Notes: generated from the letters alone by a model not told the origin. A stretch of DNA of 42,068 nt from Candidatus Hydrothermia bacterium (GCA_032249175.1 JAVVGK010000001.1:1-42068); one strand, 5' to 3'. Positions 27,206 through 36,344 are shown, counted from the stretch's first letter. Numbers and translations: made by a program.

Positions 27206-27396
27206 AAGTTGAAAAGGTGTTAGAGAATTTTCAAAAACAATTTCACATTTATTTAAAGGAAAGAAAAATTTCTAAAATTTATCAAAAAATTGGTGAATAT
27301 ATTTATGAAATTTACAAGTCAGGTGAAATTATTGATGATGAAAATTTATTAAAACTTTTAAAAAAGATAGATGAGATAAATAAAGATGAAAGGTAA
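27202..27396 (+). CDS. Small hypothetical protein (64 aa)
   Basis: ORF track. Overlaps both neighbours, consistent with operon coupling. Confidence 0.45.
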   Translation: MKVEKVLENFQKQFHIYLKERKISKIYQKIGEYIYEIYKSGEIIDDENLLKLLKKIDEINKDER

Positions 27397-27847
27397 ATTT
27401 CTGATTTTAATTTTGCTTTTTGGATGCTCGTTTATTCAAGAAAGAGTGAATGTGAAGAATTTAAAGTTTAGTTATAGAAGTGCTACAATTGAAGCCTTAA
27501 CGCTTGACAAAATTAACTTTATTGTTAATCTTGAAGCATATAATCCAAATCAAATAGATGCAGTCATAGATAAGCTTGATTATGTTATATATTTTGAAGG
27601 ATATAGGGCAATAAGTGGCTCTACAAATCAGGCATATGAAATTAAGGCTAATGGTAGAAAAATTATAACAGTAAATGGTTATATTTTATTTTCAGATTTG
27701 CCTGATTTGTTTAAAGCTATTAAATCTTCTTATGGTAAAAGTAGAGTTAGGATAACTGCTGAATTAAGACCAGAAGTTAAAACAATTATAGGAAAGTTTA
27801 GATATACTGTTAAGTTAGATGAATATATACCACTTAATTGGCGATGA
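27386..27847 (+). CDS. LEA_2 / WHy-domain-like lipoprotein
   Basis: Lipobox LLFGCS. LEAYNPNQIDAVIDKLDYVIYFEG is typical of the LEA14/WHy fold. Confidence 0.55.
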   Translation: MKGKFLILILLFGCSFIQERVNVKNLKFSYRSATIEALTLDKINFIVNLEAYNPNQIDAVIDKLDYVIYFEGYRAISGSTNQAYEIKANGRKIITVNGYILFSDLPDLFKAIKSSYGKSRVRITAELRPEVKTIIGKFRYTVKLDEYIPLNWR

Positions 27848-28329
27848 TGTTTTTAACTTTTCTTTTGGCAAAAAGTGATATTTTGAAAATTAGTGATGAA
27901 ATTGTTTATTCTATTGAAAATGGAGATTTTAAAGCAATTATGAAATATGGAGATAAAAGAGGTGTTATATTCTCAATAAATGCAGTTATTGATAGTTTTG
28001 ACCCTAAAATTCCACCCCAAAAATTAAAATTTATTTTAAATGACACTACAAAGTTATTTTGGGGATATGAAATTTCTTCAGGAAGAGAAGTTTATATGAC
28101 ATTTAATGAGTTTTATAGTAAGTTCTTGAAGAAAAATTATTTAAAAGGCAAAAAACTAATTAATAAAATTTCAGATAGGAAAGTTAAAACAAATATAAAT
28201 GAGATTTTTAAGGATGCTCAATTTGTTGAATATACAATAAAAACGAATGATTATGATTTTAATAGTTTAATTCTTGTTTTTTCAAAAGGAGCTTTATCTG
28301 CTATTCTTTTTAATAAATGGGCACCTTAA
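27838..28329 (+). CDS. Hypothetical protein (163 aa)
   Basis: ORF track; coupled to the upstream gene. Confidence 0.5.
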   Translation: MAMMFLTFLLAKSDILKISDEIVYSIENGDFKAIMKYGDKRGVIFSINAVIDSFDPKIPPQKLKFILNDTTKLFWGYEISSGREVYMTFNEFYSKFLKKNYLKGKKLINKISDRKVKTNINEIFKDAQFVEYTIKTNDYDFNSLILVFSKGALSAILFNKWAP

Positions 28330-28660
28330 TAACATTTTCAATTTTTTCTTGACTTCTTTTGGCATTTATCATTTTGCTATCAATATAAGCATCTACAATT
28401 GAAAACATTTTAACAGCAAAAAATGTTATAAAATATCCAATGCTTGACCAATAATAATTTTCTTGTTTTGTTGTATTGTACTTATAAGTGTTATATAAAA
28501 ATAGTGAAAAGGTTGAAATATCAGTTAAAGAAATTATTGAGCCTTTTAATGTTTTTCCATTATAAAATTGTCCTCCACCTGGAATAAATGTAGATAATAA
28601 AACTGCTTTTTTTGAAGATTTGTAATTTAAGGTATCCAAATTGAGGAAAATAATTAACAT
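28310..28660 (-). CDS. Small membrane protein (DUF5683-like PGGGQFYNGK motif)
   Basis: LLSTFIPGGGQFYNGKTLKG plus hydrophobic segments. Start overlaps the fumC stop (TAATG). Confidence 0.45.
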   Translation of the reverse strand: MLIIFLNLDTLNYKSSKKAVLLSTFIPGGGQFYNGKTLKGSIISLTDISTFSLFLYNTYKYNTTKQENYYWSSIGYFITFFAVKMFSIVDAYIDSKMINAKRSQEKIENVIKVPIY

Positions 28661-30045
28661 TATTGAGGATTTATCAGTTTATTTAAATCAAAAATTTTTT
28701 CAGCTTCTTCCTTCGTTAAATAACCCATTTCTACTACAATTTCCTTTACACTTCGTTTTTCTTTTAAGGCTCTTTTGACAACTTCTGCTGATTTGTCATA
28801 TCCTATAATTGGATTTAAAATTGTTGCGATAATTGGATTTCTATATAATAATTCTTCAACATGCTCTTTATTTACAATAAAATCTTTTATACATTTATCC
28901 GCTAAAACATAACAAGCATTTGTAAGAATTTCAATAGAATTTAAGATATTGTAAATCATAATTGGCATCATTACATTTAATTCAAATTCTCCAAGGCTAT
29001 TACTAATTGTAATTGATAAATCATTTGCTATTACTTGAACACCAACCATTCTAACTGCTTCTGGAATAACGGGATTAACTTTTCCTGGCATAATTGAAGA
29101 GCCAGGTTGTAATTCAGGAAGAATAATTTCAGAAAAACCTGCTATTGGACCACTATTCATAAGTCTTAAATCATTAGAAATTTTAATTAAATTTGTTGCT
29201 AAAATTTTTAATGCGGATGAAAGCTCTAATATACTATCTCTGCTTGATTGTGCTTCAAAATGATTATTTGCTTCAATAAAGTCTAAATTTAATAATTGTG
29301 ATAATTTTTCTGCTACTTTTTTACCAAAATTAGGATGTGTATTTATTCCTGTTCCAACAGCAGTTCCACCAATAGCAAGTTCTCTTAATCTTGTAAATGT
29401 TGATTCAATTCTATGTTTAGCATATAAAATTTGTGTTGCCCAACCACTTAGTTCTTGCTCAAAGCTTATTGGCATTGCATCCATTAAGTGAGTTCTACCT
29501 GTTTTAATAATACCTTTAAGTTCTAATGATTTTTTAACAATTGTTTGATATAAATGCTCAATTGAAGGAATTAATTTATATTTTGTTTCATAATAGGCAG
29601 AAACATTCATAGCAGTTGGTATTACATCATTTGATGATTGTCCCATATTTACATGGTCATTTGGATGAATTGGTTCTTTCGTTATTCTTTTTCCTGTTAA
29701 AATTTCATTTGCTCTTGTTGATATTACTTCATTTATATTCATATTGGTTGATGTTGCTGAGCCTGTTTGGAATATATCTAATGGAAATTGGTCATCAAAT
29801 TTTCCTTCTATAATTTCATTTATGGCTTGCTTTATAGCATTATAATAGTTTTGTGGTATTTTTCCAAGCTCATAATTTACTTCTAAACATGCTAATTTTA
29901 CATAAGCAAGAGCTTTTATAAAGCTTTTAGGAAACTTTAAATTACTTATTTGAAAATTCTCTAATGCTCTTTGAGTTTGCGCACCCCAATAAGCATTTTG
30001 AGGAACTCTAACCTCACCGAGTGTATCCTTTTCAATCCTTTCCAT
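28660..30045 (-). CDS. fumC: Class II fumarate hydratase
   Basis: YWGAQTQRALENF, GSSIMPGKVNP signature, length 461 aa. Confidence 0.93.
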   Translation of the reverse strand: MERIEKDTLGEVRVPQNAYWGAQTQRALENFQISNLKFPKSFIKALAYVKLACLEVNYELGKIPQNYYNAIKQAINEIIEGKFDDQFPLDIFQTGSATSTNMNINEVISTRANEILTGKRITKEPIHPNDHVNMGQSSNDVIPTAMNVSAYYETKYKLIPSIEHLYQTIVKKSLELKGIIKTGRTHLMDAMPISFEQELSGWATQILYAKHRIESTFTRLRELAIGGTAVGTGINTHPNFGKKVAEKLSQLLNLDFIEANNHFEAQSSRDSILELSSALKILATNLIKISNDLRLMNSGPIAGFSEIILPELQPGSSIMPGKVNPVIPEAVRMVGVQVIANDLSITISNSLGEFELNVMMPIMIYNILNSIEILTNACYVLADKCIKDFIVNKEHVEELLYRNPIIATILNPIIGYDKSAEVVKRALKEKRSVKEIVVEMGYLTKEEAEKIFDLNKLINPQ

Positions 30046-30298
30046 AATCTTCTCCTAAAATTTTTTTAAGTTCTTCTTGATTTTTTGACAAATATAAGGC
30101 ATATCCTTTAAGCAGATTTATATCAATTTTTCTTGGAATTTCCTTTATTGTTTTTCTTGAATACTTAATATAATCCGGACCAATAGCACTAATTTCCCTT
30201 ACTTCAATTTCAATTGGTTTTTTAATCAAAAGCAGTTTATTTATAATTTTCCTTATAAGAATGGAAGATAAAATATCCTTAAAAGGGTCAAAATTCAT
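30032..30298 (-). CDS. Hypothetical protein (start moved to ATG 30298)
   Basis: The ORF track begins at TTG 30319, but those codons spell the CTTTAAAATTTT promoter motif (30303-30314). ATG follows 4 nt after the motif. Confidence 0.5.
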   Translation of the reverse strand: MNFDPFKDILSSILIRKIINKLLLIKKPIEIEVREISAIGPDYIKYSRKTIKEIPRKIDINLLKGYALYLSKNQEELKKILGEDYGKD

Positions 30299-30350
30299 AT
30301 TTAAAATTTTAAAGGGCAAAGAAAAAATTTACCTTAAAATTTTATAAATT

Positions 30351-31253
30351 TTGAAAGCACTTATTATTAGACTTGGACAGCTTGGAGATGTTGTTCTTAC
30401 AACAAGTGTTATAGAGCATTTATATGAGCAAAATTACGAAATTCATTATTTAACAAGAAAACCATTTGATGAAATTTTTTTCCAAGATTATAGAGTTAAA
30501 AAAGTTTTTATTTATGGAAAGGTTAGTTTATTTGAGCTTTTGAAAGAAAATTATGATTTAGTTTTAGATTTACACTCAAAAATAAAAACAATTATTTTAT
30601 CAAGACTAATCTCACCTTTTCATTCAAAAACTTACAATAAGCGAATTATAGAAAGAAGATTAACATTAATTTTCAAAAAACCTTTTAACAAATTAAGAAT
30701 TTATGAAATGTATAATGAAGTTGTTAATTCTAATAAAAAGCCAAAAATTATAATAAATTCAGAGCCTATTATCAAAGGTGATTATATTGTTATAAATCCA
30801 ACAGCAAGGTATCCTTCAAGAATTTATAGACATTATGATAAATTAGATGAACTTTTAAATAAAATTGGAATAAAAAAAGTTTATATTGGAACAGAAAGTG
30901 ATTTACATTTCTTGAAAAATTTTAAATTTAGCGGAATAAATTTAATTGGAAAGACAACAATAAGAGAAATGCTTAATATTGTTAAATATGCTAAATTATT
31001 TATTGGAAATGATAGTGGCATTACTCATATAGCAAGTGCTTTTAATGTTCCTTCAATAGTCTTTTTTGGTCCTACGGTTTTAAGTTTTGGATTTGAGCCT
31101 TTTTGTGATAAATATTATGTATTTGAAATTAAAAATCTTCCTTGTCGTCCTTGCTCATTACATGGAGAAAAACCTTGTAAAAGAAAAGATTATGCTTGTT
31201 TAAGTTGGATAGAGCCTGAATTAGTTTTTGAGAAAATTTTAGAAATGCTTTAA
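30351..31253 (+). CDS. Family 9 glycosyltransferase (LPS heptosyltransferase-like)
   Basis: MKALIIRLGQLGDVVLT and GNDSGITHIASAFNVPSIVFFGPT. The TTG start gives a family-typical N-terminus. Confidence 0.85.
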   Translation: MKALIIRLGQLGDVVLTTSVIEHLYEQNYEIHYLTRKPFDEIFFQDYRVKKVFIYGKVSLFELLKENYDLVLDLHSKIKTIILSRLISPFHSKTYNKRIIERRLTLIFKKPFNKLRIYEMYNEVVNSNKKPKIIINSEPIIKGDYIVINPTARYPSRIYRHYDKLDELLNKIGIKKVYIGTESDLHFLKNFKFSGINLIGKTTIREMLNIVKYAKLFIGNDSGITHIASAFNVPSIVFFGPTVLSFGFEPFCDKYYVFEIKNLPCRPCSLHGEKPCKRKDYACLSWIEPELVFEKILEML

Positions 31254-31263
31254 AATTTCAATA

Positions 31264-32082
31264 GTGTCAAAAATTATCTATGACAAGATAAAGTACTTGG
31301 GTCTTCAAAGTTCATTTATTATATCTAATGCTTTTGAGCAATATCTTAAAAATATAGCATTTAATGGTTATATTATTTTCAATAGTAGAGATTTTTGCTA
31401 TATTTTAAGTGGTGAATTATTCGCAATTAAGAGAATTGATGATGTTAAGAGACCTTGGTTTGCAGATGTTTATGAGCTTAATCCAAAGTGTTTAGTTTTT
31501 TTTATGAATTTTAAAGATGGAAATTTAATTGAAAATTTGAAAATTAGTCCAAAAAGTTTGGATATTATAATAAAAAATACAATTGAAACAACAAGTTATT
31601 TTTGGATTGAAGTAAAACATAAGGATGACTTTTATGATATAATATACTTTTCATCTGAGATTTGTGGAATTTATAAAAATAGTCAAAAAGTTGAAAGAAT
31701 TTTTGAAAACGAATTTAGTGAAAAAATTGAGATAAAGGTTCTTGATTTTAAAAATTTATTTGAAACGAAAAAAACTGAAATGATAAGAATTCTATATTTA
31801 AAAAGATTTGAAAGCATATGGAATAAATACAAGGATTTGATTATTAGAGAATATGGTAGAGAAAAGGCTGAAATTGAATTTAGGAAAATTCAGAAAGAAC
31901 TTGCTAAAAAATTTCCCATTTTAGACCCTCTTGTTGGATTTATTGATTTGGATAAGGAATTAAATTTGAAAATTCAGTCTTTAAACGAAAATGAAATTAA
32001 TGCTATTGTTGAATTATTATTAGAATTTTACAAAAGAGCATTACCAAAAAAATATGATTTAATAAAAGAGGAAATTTTATGA
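31264..32082 (+). CDS. Hypothetical protein (272 aa)
   Basis: ORF track. GTG start 7 nt after TAAAAT (31251-31256), which overlaps the GT9 stop codon. Confidence 0.5.
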   Translation: MSKIIYDKIKYLGLQSSFIISNAFEQYLKNIAFNGYIIFNSRDFCYILSGELFAIKRIDDVKRPWFADVYELNPKCLVFFMNFKDGNLIENLKISPKSLDIIIKNTIETTSYFWIEVKHKDDFYDIIYFSSEICGIYKNSQKVERIFENEFSEKIEIKVLDFKNLFETKKTEMIRILYLKRFESIWNKYKDLIIREYGREKAEIEFRKIQKELAKKFPILDPLVGFIDLDKELNLKIQSLNENEINAIVELLLEFYKRALPKKYDLIKEEIL

Positions 32083-32795
32083 AGAGATTTAGTGATTTAA
32101 TTTATTCAAAGCTTTCAAATGCTTTAAAAATAACCTTCATTTTCATATTGATTGTAAATTTAATTTTGATTTTTTCAATATCAAAAGTATTTGAAAAAGG
32201 GAGTGATATTTCATTTTTGAGGGGACAACTTACCGAATTTTCACTTATGATATATGATATAGCATCAGGTATTCATTCAAAGGAATATGTAAAAGTTTCA
32301 CTTTTAGAGGATTTAAAAAGAACTCAACCCACTTTAAATAAATATAAAAATGAAATTTGGTCAAAGGATTTTTCGGATTTTCTCCAAAAATTTAACAAAT
32401 TTATAGAAAAACCAAATAAGAAATTAGCGGATGATATGTTTTTATTAGCAGAAGATTTAAACAGGAAATTGCTTGAAATTGATATTGAAAGTAGAAAATT
32501 TTCATCCATAGGTATAATTGTTATTGTTGTTTTAAATGTTATTTTTATTGGGGCTATTGGATTTTTCCTTATAAATTACGCTTATAAATTATCTCTTGAA
32601 TTTTCTAATCCACTTTTAGAAATTAGAAATATATTATCAAAAATAGCTTTTGGTAGTATAGAAACTCCTATTAACTATAAAGGTGAAATTGTTGAAGTTT
32701 TTGATATTTTTGAAAGTATTGAAACACTTAGAAAGGATTTATATGAAACAAAATTAAGAATACAGGAAATTTTAAGAAAATACAGAGAAGGTTGA
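32079..32795 (+). CDS. Membrane protein with two TM segments and a HAMP-like domain, no output domain
   Basis: TM1 at ITFIFILIVNLILIF and TM2 at IGIIVIVVLNVIFIGAIGFFLI. The following PLLEIRNILSKIAFGSIETPINYKGEIVEVFDIFESI fits the HAMP pattern. Confidence 0.5.
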   Translation: MKRFSDLIYSKLSNALKITFIFILIVNLILIFSISKVFEKGSDISFLRGQLTEFSLMIYDIASGIHSKEYVKVSLLEDLKRTQPTLNKYKNEIWSKDFSDFLQKFNKFIEKPNKKLADDMFLLAEDLNRKLLEIDIESRKFSSIGIIVIVVLNVIFIGAIGFFLINYAYKLSLEFSNPLLEIRNILSKIAFGSIETPINYKGEIVEVFDIFESIETLRKDLYETKLRIQEILRKYREG

Positions 32796-33479
32796 TTAAT
32801 CCTTAACCAAGACAAATTCAACATTTAATTTTTTCAATTTACTTTTTAATTTGTTTGAAATTTCCTTGCCAATTATAAGTGGAATAACTTTTTTCTTATA
32901 AACCTTCTCTAAAATCTCCTTTCTTCTTATAACCCTTTCAATATCATAATTTCCAATTTTATAAGAAATCTCAATAGCAACATAAACTTCCTCTTTTGTC
33001 CCTTTTAATATACCACTAACTATTAAATCTAATTCAATAACATCATTTTCTTCCTCCTCAGTTATTATTCCTTTTTCAACATATTCATCTAATTCTTCAA
33101 GTAATTCGCTCTTATCCTTAATTTTACATTTTCTAATTCCAATATAACTTCCTAAATATGAGCATATATTTATGAAAACTTTGTGTTCTAATTGCCACCC
33201 TTTTAGTTCTTGTATGCTTATTTCATGCCTTTTTAGAATTTCCTCCATCTTATCTTGTCTTTCTTTTATTTCCTCTTGACCTTTTTCTAATTTTTCAAGC
33301 CTCTTATCAACTTCTTCAAATTTTTGATTTACCTCTCTTCTAAATTCTTCAAACTTCACTGGCAGTTCCAATAGCTCCTTAGTTAAAATTAACATTCTTA
33401 ACTTTTCAAGATAATCAGGTCTTTCTCTTAACAAATTTAGCAAATCTTCAAATTCTTTTATGATATATTCTTTTTCCAT
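32796..33479 (-). CDS. Hypothetical protein: N-terminal coiled coil plus a C-terminal restriction-endonuclease-like (PD-(D/E)xK-like) module
   Basis: K/E-rich heptads in residues ~20-95. C-terminal ELDLIVSG...VYVAIEISYK pattern. Confidence 0.4.
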   Translation of the reverse strand: MEKEYIIKEFEDLLNLLRERPDYLEKLRMLILTKELLELPVKFEEFRREVNQKFEEVDKRLEKLEKGQEEIKERQDKMEEILKRHEISIQELKGWQLEHKVFINICSYLGSYIGIRKCKIKDKSELLEELDEYVEKGIITEEEENDVIELDLIVSGILKGTKEEVYVAIEISYKIGNYDIERVIRRKEILEKVYKKKVIPLIIGKEISNKLKSKLKKLNVEFVLVKD

Positions 33480-33503
33480 AGTTTTAAAAGTTTAAAGGAT
33501 ATA

Positions 33504-34772
33504 CTAAACTCTTAATTCCATTTCAAGCAATTGTAAAAATTCTTTATTTGAACTTGTTCTTTTCATTTTATTTATTAGAAATTCCATAGCATCAACAGGG
33601 TCTTTACTTGATATTGCTTTTCTTAATGCCCAAACCTTTTCAAGAACATCTTTTGGTAATAAAAATTCTTCTCTTCTTGTTCCACTTCTATTTAAATCAA
33701 TAGCAGGGAATATTCTTCTATCTGCTAATCTTCTATCTAAAACAATTTCCATATTACCTGTTCCTTTAAATTCCTCATATATAATATCATCCATTCTTGA
33801 ACCTGTTTCAATTAAAGCAGTCGCAATAATTGTTAAACTTCCACCTTCTTCAAGACTTCTTGCTGCTCCAAAGAATTTTTTGGGTTTTATTATAGCAGCA
33901 GCATCAAGTCCTCCTGTCATTGTTCTTCCAGAATGGGGAGCAATAACATTATGAGCCCTTGTTAATCTTGTTATAGAGTCAAGCAAAATTACTACATCCA
34001 TTCCCATTTCCGCAAGTCTTTTTGCTCTTTCAAGAACAATATCTGCTATATATACATGTTTTTCAGCTGGTTGGTCAAATGTGGAATAATATATTTCTGC
34101 TTCGGGAACAAGTCTTTTCATGTCTGTAACTTCTTCTGGTCTTTCATCAATTAAGAGAATTATTAAATATATTTCTGGGTGATTTATAACGATGCTTTGT
34201 GCGATTTTTTGAAGTAAAACTGTTTTTCCTGCTCTTGGTGGTGAAACAATAAGTCCTCTTTGTCCTTTTCCTATTGGTATAAATAAATCTATTATTCTTC
34301 TTGATAAATCCTCATCTCCCGGAATTTCAAGGTTTATTTTTTGTGTTGGATAAAATGGAGTTAATTTTTCAAAATCTCTTCTTTCAGTAATTTTATCAAC
34401 TTCAATATCATTAACTGTTTCAATTTTTACAAGTGAATGATATTTTTCACCTTCTTTTGGAGCTTTGACAAAACCAGCAATCATATCACCTTCTTTCAAT
34501 TTATATTTTCTTATAATCATAGGAGAAACATAAACATCATCCTGACTTGGTTGGAAATTCTGGTGAGGCATTCTTAAAAAGCCATAAAAGCCCTCTGGAA
34601 TAATATCAAGAAGTCCTTCTTTGAAAACAAGTCCATCTTCTGTTGTTGTTTTTTCTATAATTTTCTTTATAAGCTCCTCTTTTTTCATATTTTCATATCC
34701 TTCTATATTCATTTCCTTTGCCATTTCATATAATTCTGAAAGTTTCTTTTGTTTTAATTCTCTTATTAGCAT
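33504..34772 (-). CDS. rho: Transcription termination factor Rho (start moved to ATG 34772)
   Basis: Rho N-terminal MLIRELKQKKLSELYEMAK. GQRGLIVSPPRAGKT Walker A. LIDERPEEV. The GTG of the ORF track lies inside the AAGGAGGTG RBS, 8 nt upstream of ATG. Confidence 0.95.
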   Translation of the reverse strand: MLIRELKQKKLSELYEMAKEMNIEGYENMKKEELIKKIIEKTTTEDGLVFKEGLLDIIPEGFYGFLRMPHQNFQPSQDDVYVSPMIIRKYKLKEGDMIAGFVKAPKEGEKYHSLVKIETVNDIEVDKITERRDFEKLTPFYPTQKINLEIPGDEDLSRRIIDLFIPIGKGQRGLIVSPPRAGKTVLLQKIAQSIVINHPEIYLIILLIDERPEEVTDMKRLVPEAEIYYSTFDQPAEKHVYIADIVLERAKRLAEMGMDVVILLDSITRLTRAHNVIAPHSGRTMTGGLDAAAIIKPKKFFGAARSLEEGGSLTIIATALIETGSRMDDIIYEEFKGTGNMEIVLDRRLADRRIFPAIDLNRSGTRREEFLLPKDVLEKVWALRKAISSKDPVDAMEFLINKMKRTSSNKEFLQLLEMELRV

Positions 34773-34785
34773 AATTTCCACCTCC

Positions 34786-35445
34786 TTAAAGCATTTTTGT
34801 ATTATTTATATATAAATCAAATGAGCAATTTAAAACTTTCGCTGCTTTTTGAGCCATTATTGTTCTATCAAGGAAAATTTCAAAAAATTCAAGAACAGGA
34901 GCAATTTTTATATCTATATCAATTTTATAAGAAATTGTTCTCTTTTCTTTTGAGATAATTATTTCTCTATTTATTGAGGCGTAATTTACTCTATCGTGAA
35001 TATCAACATTTAAATTTTCTATTGTTCTTACTCTTGTTCTATGAACATCTGCTTTGTCTGCTAAGATAAGTGCTGCTGAAACTTCTGAAACTGGATATCC
35101 ACTTGCCTCATGATGTGTTCCAATAGCACTTATCACAATTCCTATTTCTTCATAACTCATACCCATTTCTTTTAAAATATCATAAGCAATCATAGCACCA
35201 CTAACTTCATGATTTAATCTGTTTATACTATTACCAATGTCATGTAAATAACCTGCAATTTCAGCTAACTGTGCAAGCCTTTCAGGATAACCAAGTTCTC
35301 TTAAAATCCTTCCCGCTTGATATGAAACCCATCCGACATGTCTGAAACCATGCTCCGTATATCCAAGTGATTCCAAACACTTATCAGCAAGTGTTATGTA
35401 ATATCTAACTTTTTCATTTTTCTTTAAGTCTTCTATTGTTATCAT
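34786..35445 (-). CDS. HD-domain metal-dependent phosphohydrolase
   Basis: HGFRHV ... GYLHDIGN ... GTHH. AAGGAGG RBS. Confidence 0.75.
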   Translation of the reverse strand: MITIEDLKKNEKVRYYITLADKCLESLGYTEHGFRHVGWVSYQAGRILRELGYPERLAQLAEIAGYLHDIGNSINRLNHEVSGAMIAYDILKEMGMSYEEIGIVISAIGTHHEASGYPVSEVSAALILADKADVHRTRVRTIENLNVDIHDRVNYASINREIIISKEKRTISYKIDIDIKIAPVLEFFEIFLDRTIMAQKAAKVLNCSFDLYINNTKML

Positions 35446-35457
35446 ATTTACCTCCTT

Positions 35458-36138
35458 TTATAATTCACTTATAAATTTTGGATTTTCTTCAATGTAATTT
35501 CCAATAACAACATAATCTGCTCCAAATTCAAAAATTTTTTCAATTGTTTGAATATCTCTTATTCCTCCTCCTACTATTAAAGGTAGATTTGTCCATTTTC
35601 TAATTTTTGATAAAATTTCAAAATTTATATAATTTTTACCGCCTGAGCCACTTTCTAAATATATTGCTGAAAATTTCATAATTTCACAAACTTTAATAAA
35701 AGATAAAATAATATCCTCATTTTCTGATATTTCATATGCTTTTGAAATTATAAATGAGCTTGTCCATTTACTTGAAAGTAAAAGATAACCGCAAATATAA
35801 ATATCCTTTTGAGATAGTAAAATAGCATTTTTTAGAATTTCCGTCCAAAAATAATTATAATCATAAGTATTTAGTGGAAATGGAATAAGAAATGCATCAA
35901 ATTGTTCGCTTATCTGATAAGAGCCACCACAAAATGAAATTATTGGTTTATTGATTTTCATTTTAAAATTAGATAGGAATTTATGAAAGTTAAAGTTCTT
36001 TATTATACTTCCTCCAAGAAATACAAAAGCTATGTTTTCATTATTATTTATATAATTAGAAATCATGTCTATGTCTTCCAATTTCCATTTATCAGGGTCA
36101 ATTAGAATTATTTTCTTTTTATGGTTTCTTACAAACAA
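35458..36138 (-). CDS. PcrB/GGGPS-family (hepta/geranylgeranyl)glyceryl phosphate synthase
   Basis: LIDPDK, FLGGS, FLIPFPLN, YLESGSGG, VGGGIRD and ADYVVIGN align with PcrB family motifs. TTG start 10 nt after the tRNA 3' end. Confidence 0.75.
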   Translation of the reverse strand: MFVRNHKKKIILIDPDKWKLEDIDMISNYINNNENIAFVFLGGSIIKNFNFHKFLSNFKMKINKPIISFCGGSYQISEQFDAFLIPFPLNTYDYNYFWTEILKNAILLSQKDIYICGYLLLSSKWTSSFIISKAYEISENEDIILSFIKVCEIMKFSAIYLESGSGGKNYINFEILSKIRKWTNLPLIVGGGIRDIQTIEKIFEFGADYVVIGNYIEENPKFISEL

Positions 36139-36148
36139 TTAATCTGAA

Positions 36149-36221
36149 TGGTGGCGGGCGGACTCGAACCGCCGACACGGGGCTTATGAGACCCCCGCTC
36201 TACCAGCTGAGCTACACCACC
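36149..36221 (-). tRNA. tRNA with CAT anticodon, elongator type (Met, or Ile2 if lysidinylated); no encoded CCA
   Basis: Hand-folded cloverleaf: GGTGGTG-TA-GCTC-AGCTGGTA-GAGC-G-GGGGT-CTCATAA-GCCCC-GTGTC-GGCGG-TTCGAGT-CCGCC-CGCCACC-A. G1-C72 is paired. Confidence 0.9.
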
Positions 36222-36223
36222 GA

Positions 36224-36297
36224 TAGCGGGGGAGGGATTTGAACCCTCGACCTCCGGGTTATGAGCCCGGCGAGCTACCTGGCTGCTCCACCCCGCG
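36224..36297 (-). tRNA. Initiator tRNA-fMet (CAT); no encoded CCA
   Basis: CGCGGGG-TG-GAGC-AGCCAGGTA-GCTC-G-CCGGG-CTCATAA-CCCGG-AGGTC-GAGGG-TTCAAAT-CCCTC-CCCCGCT-A. C1/U72 are mismatched and three G:C pairs close the anticodon loop. Near-identical in architecture to E. coli tRNA-fMet. Confidence 0.93.
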
Positions 36298-36309
36298 TTA
36301 GTAAGTCTT

Positions 36310-36337
36310 AAAATTTTAAAGCATAACTTTAAAATTT
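36310..36337. promoter_or_regulatory. Back-to-back CTTTAAAATTT(T) promoter-like motifs: the minus copy drives the tRNA genes, the plus copy drives the UbiA gene
   Basis: The minus-strand motif (36310-36321) lies 12 nt from tRNA-fMet position 1. The plus-strand motif (36327-36337) has TAAAAT 9 nt before ATG 36345. Confidence 0.55.
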
Positions 36338-36344
36338 ATTACTT

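Noticed and set aside
36149-36297. Two CAT tRNAs as a simple gene duplication
   Set aside because: The sequences differ throughout. One has initiator identity elements and the other has a paired 1-72 and a different anticodon stem.
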